From Octopus sinensis (Eukaryota): 9,651 nucleotides of DNA. The notes below the pieces were generated by a model. It saw nothing but the letters and a program-made list of their open reading frames with translations, was not told where the DNA came from and made no database searches. Within the stretch, counting starts at the first letter, position 1, and the number at the start of each line of letters is the position of its first letter. Positions 7,307 through 9,651 of the stretch are shown one piece after another. Position numbers and translations under genes: made by a program. The stretch lies in assembly GCF_006345805.1 (NCBI RefSeq), contig NW_021827890.1, positions 1 to 9,651 of the forward strand. The letters run 5' to 3'.

Positions 7307-7620
7307 ATATATATATAGAGAGAGACAGACATGAATGTATGTACACGAACATGTGTGTATGTTACTATGGATAAAAATTACGTGTGCATGTGTATACACA
7401 CATATGCATATACTGTCAAGACTAAATACCTATATGTATATGTGTGTGTGTATTTGTGTGTGTGTGTGTGTGTGCGTACAGCCACAAATGTATAGGCATT
7501 TCTACATATACGTATATGTACATATATTTGTACGTGTGTGTGTGTGTGTGCGTCTATGTATGGATATGCAGTGGCATGTATTAGGTGTGTCTGTGTATAT
7601 ACATATGTATGTTTATTGCT
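6900..7620. repeat. Extended compound (TG)/(TA)/(TATG) microsatellite field with a ~200-bp non-microsatellite island at 7007-7205
   Basis: Direct reading; perfect (TA)n at ~7252-7292. Confidence 0.9.
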
Positions 7621-7856
7621 GATGGTGGCCATTGCTGTTGTTGTTGTTGTTGTTCTTGTAAATGATGGTGGTAAAGGAGGCGGTGGCGGCGATGTTGCTT
7701 TGCCAGGCACTGAGTTGTGTGAAAATCTGGCGACAGAGTGTCTGGTAAAGTTAGTCAGGTAGGTCAGTTATATTGCGGCGGTGACCGTCTAGCCAACGAA
7801 AGGGTGGAGGGGAGACGGAGGGTATCTGAGGTGGTACGAAAGGTGGGGAGAGAGGA

Positions 7857-7899
7857 GGGTGGGTTGATGGGGGTACGTGGGCAGCGAAGGGGGAAGGGG
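7857..7899 (+). other. Canonical G-quadruplex-forming motif (six G3+ tracts)
   Basis: ggg t ggg ttgat ggggg tacgt ggg cagcgaa ggggg aa gggg; all loops are 1-7 nt. Confidence 0.65.
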
Positions 7900-7971
7900 C
7901 GAGGCCGGCGTACCACACAATAGCGACAGTGATGATAGGGGTGGTGATAGTGGTTAGCGGTAATACTGCTA

Positions 7972-8118
7972 ATGATGATGATGATGATCATGGTCATGAT
8001 GATGATACGCGCGGGTATGGGAACTTAAACCCTTCTAAATATGTGCGTCTGCTGATGTTTATGAGGGCGTAAATGTGTGTGTGTGTGTGTATGTATGTGT
8101 GTGTGTGGTGTGTGTGTA
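7972..8118. repeat. (GAT)n at 7972-8005 and (TG)n at 8064-8118
   Basis: Direct reading. Confidence 0.85.
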
Positions 8119-8179
8119 TGGTTTTTGTGCGAAGTGTTACTTGTGGTTGTACTAAAACTTATGTATAGATTTGAAGCAA

Positions 8180-8332
8180 GGCTATGGGGTTTCAGACGGT
8201 CCCTTTGTGCCCACATGAGTTCGGGTTCGGTCCCACAGCACCGCACCCTGATCCAATGTTTTCTGCTACAACTCCGAAACGACCAATGAGTTGTGAGTGA
8301 ATTCGTAGTCAGAAACTGCATGGAAGCCTGTA
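8180..8332 (+). mobile_element. Old, diverged plus-strand copy of the SINE family 2 head + CORE-like segment
   Basis: gggttcggtcccac (B box), then gcaccctgatccaatgttttctgctaca..cgaccaatgagttgtgagtgaatt..gtagtcagaaactg..gaagcctgt. This aligns with the reverse complement of 3263-3417 and is followed by (TA)n as in other copies. Confidence 0.75.
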
Positions 8333-8334
8333 AC

Positions 8335-8380
<46 letters not shown>
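8335..8380. repeat. (TA)n microsatellite
   Basis: Direct reading. Confidence 0.95.
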
Positions 8381-8919
8381 TTACAAATATGAGAGAGAAT
8401 CCACTATGGGGACGCTCTTACGCTAAAGATAGAACCGCAAAGGTATCAACCACTAAGAATTGTTTTCAAGAAAAATTTAGCACGCTATGAACGTAAGCGA
8501 GCAGGACAAATGGAAAATAACAAAAATGTAGATTAACCCCATATAAATTTTTCTTAAGAAAATACTTATTTAAAAAAATTTTATGTCATGATTAGCAAAA
8601 GCGAAACCAGTCGACAAGCACAACATAAGACATATCAAAAATTATTTTAAAACTATGTAGTGTGTGTAATTTCCTTTATTCGGTAGCCATGATAATGGCT
8701 ACCTAATAATTGTCACATATTATATTTACACATATATGTATATATATAAATGGAACAAAAACGCAATAGAGATCATCAACACGTTTGGACAGATAGACGA
8801 CACAAAGGTGAACAAGCGAAACAACAACAAGAAATAACAGGTGTTTTTCGGATGAGAACGATTCAAATTGCATGGAATGAAAGCCTAAAGGCAGGAACAT
8901 GGGAGATGGACACATGACG

Positions 8920-8950
<31 letters not shown>

Positions 8951-8984
8951 ACGTTAATCCAAAACAAGAAAACACAAAAAAAAC

Positions 8985-9135
8985 ACAGCAACGCGAGGAC
9001 GTGGAACAAATAAAGTATTATTGGACGCTCAGGAAAGAAGGGAAGAAGGAGAGCTTAACGTTTCGAGCGGAGCTCTTCGTCGGAAACAAAGGAGAAGGAA
9101 AGATCCCGAGAAGGGAAGACAGAGGAAAAAAATTG
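8985..9135 (-). mobile_element. Probable Penelope-like terminal-repeat fragment hosting the hammerhead motif
   Basis: Pyrimidine-rich context around the hammerhead motif on the minus strand. Boundaries are approximate and the assignment is by association. Confidence 0.4.
9053..9087 (-). ncRNA. Minimal type I hammerhead-ribozyme-like motif (Penelope-like-element type)
   Basis: RNA: GUUU CCGACGA A GAGC-UCC-GCUC GAAA C GU U AAGC. The core is CUGANGA with U4->C, stem II is 4 bp and GAAA is intact. Stem III is the palindromic ACGU with a GUU cleavage triplet, and stem I (GUUU/AAGC) pairs 4 bp with one G-U. Confidence 0.6.
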
Positions 9136-9257
9136 CTGGCGGTGCTCACGAGATCACATATATATAAAGCATCATTACCTTTATTAAAAATAGCAATAAT
9201 AATAAAGTGCCCAGTAAGTTTTATCCAAATATGTAAAACAAACAAATCAAATAATTA

Positions 9258-9560
9258 GGGTACCGTGATATCACTTGCTAGAAATAAGAGTTACACTTCA
9301 AAGCCCAAAATTTCTCGTAATAAATATAATGAAAATAGACCTTACCTTGTAAAAGCCACAAAGCAAAAACAGATATCTTGCTATCAATTGATGTCACCTT
9401 TTGTATGTTAGTACTTAAAGAACTTGCTTTGTGGTTTGATACAAAGTTAGGCCTATCTTTATTATATTCATTACATTCACCGTTCCTGTTTCTTATTAGT
9501 GAGAAATTTGTGGCTTTGGTGTGGCAACTTCTATCTCTAGCAAGTAGTATTCCGGTACCC
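9258..9560. mobile_element. 303-bp MITE-like element with long imperfect TIRs (GGGTACCG...), flanked by TAATTA on both sides
   Basis: 9258-9294 vs the reverse complement of 9524-9560 match 29/37. Similarity extends inward (caaagcc..aaatttctc..taataa) to ~9323 and ~9495. taatta occurs at 9252-9257 and 9561-9566. Confidence 0.75.
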
Positions 9561-9569
9561 TAATTAATT

Positions 9570-9570
<1 letters not shown>

Positions 9571-9600
<30 letters not shown>

Positions 9601-9602
9601 AT
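9571..9602. repeat. (TA)n(TG)n microsatellite
   Basis: Direct reading. Confidence 0.95.
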
Positions 9603-9651
9603 AACATACACGCGTTTCGGTAAATTATATGCAAGGATTACATAATTGCTT

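Noticed and set aside
7378-7762. Pro/Thr/Gln-rich minus frames near 7600-7750
   Set aside because: All three frames look equally plausible because of (CAA)/(CCG) repeats, and no donor site was found.
8745-8915. Island between (TA)n tracts resembling a recalled octopus repeat end
   Set aside because: No second copy, TIR, TSD or intact motif in this window to support it.

Overview
Eukaryotic, repeat-dominated DNA with no prokaryotic genes, rRNA, true tRNA genes or CRISPR. The SINE types and the dense (TA)n/(CA)n/(TAG)n/(ATT)n microsatellites resemble octopus (coleoid cephalopod) DNA; this is an inference from recalled repeats, not a search. Left end: a decayed minus-strand RTE-clade LINE (~432-2000; post-RT motifs, C-terminal Cys/His motif, (CTA)n tail). 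It is interrupted by a ~235-bp MITE-like insert and by a tandem-dimeric tRNA-derived SINE with a 13-bp TSD, and abuts a second SINE head at a hairpin. Middle and right: further copies of two tRNA-derived SINE families (one head-to-head fold-back pair), an old ~340-bp tandem duplication with a SINE-filled and an empty site, and a 303-bp MITE with ~65-bp TIRs. Several minimal hammerhead-ribozyme-like motifs of the kind carried by Penelope-like elements are present; the best is at 9053-9087 (-). Most ORF-track ORFs are microsatellite or antisense artefacts. A speculative set of phase-compatible minus-strand exons may indicate a host gene.
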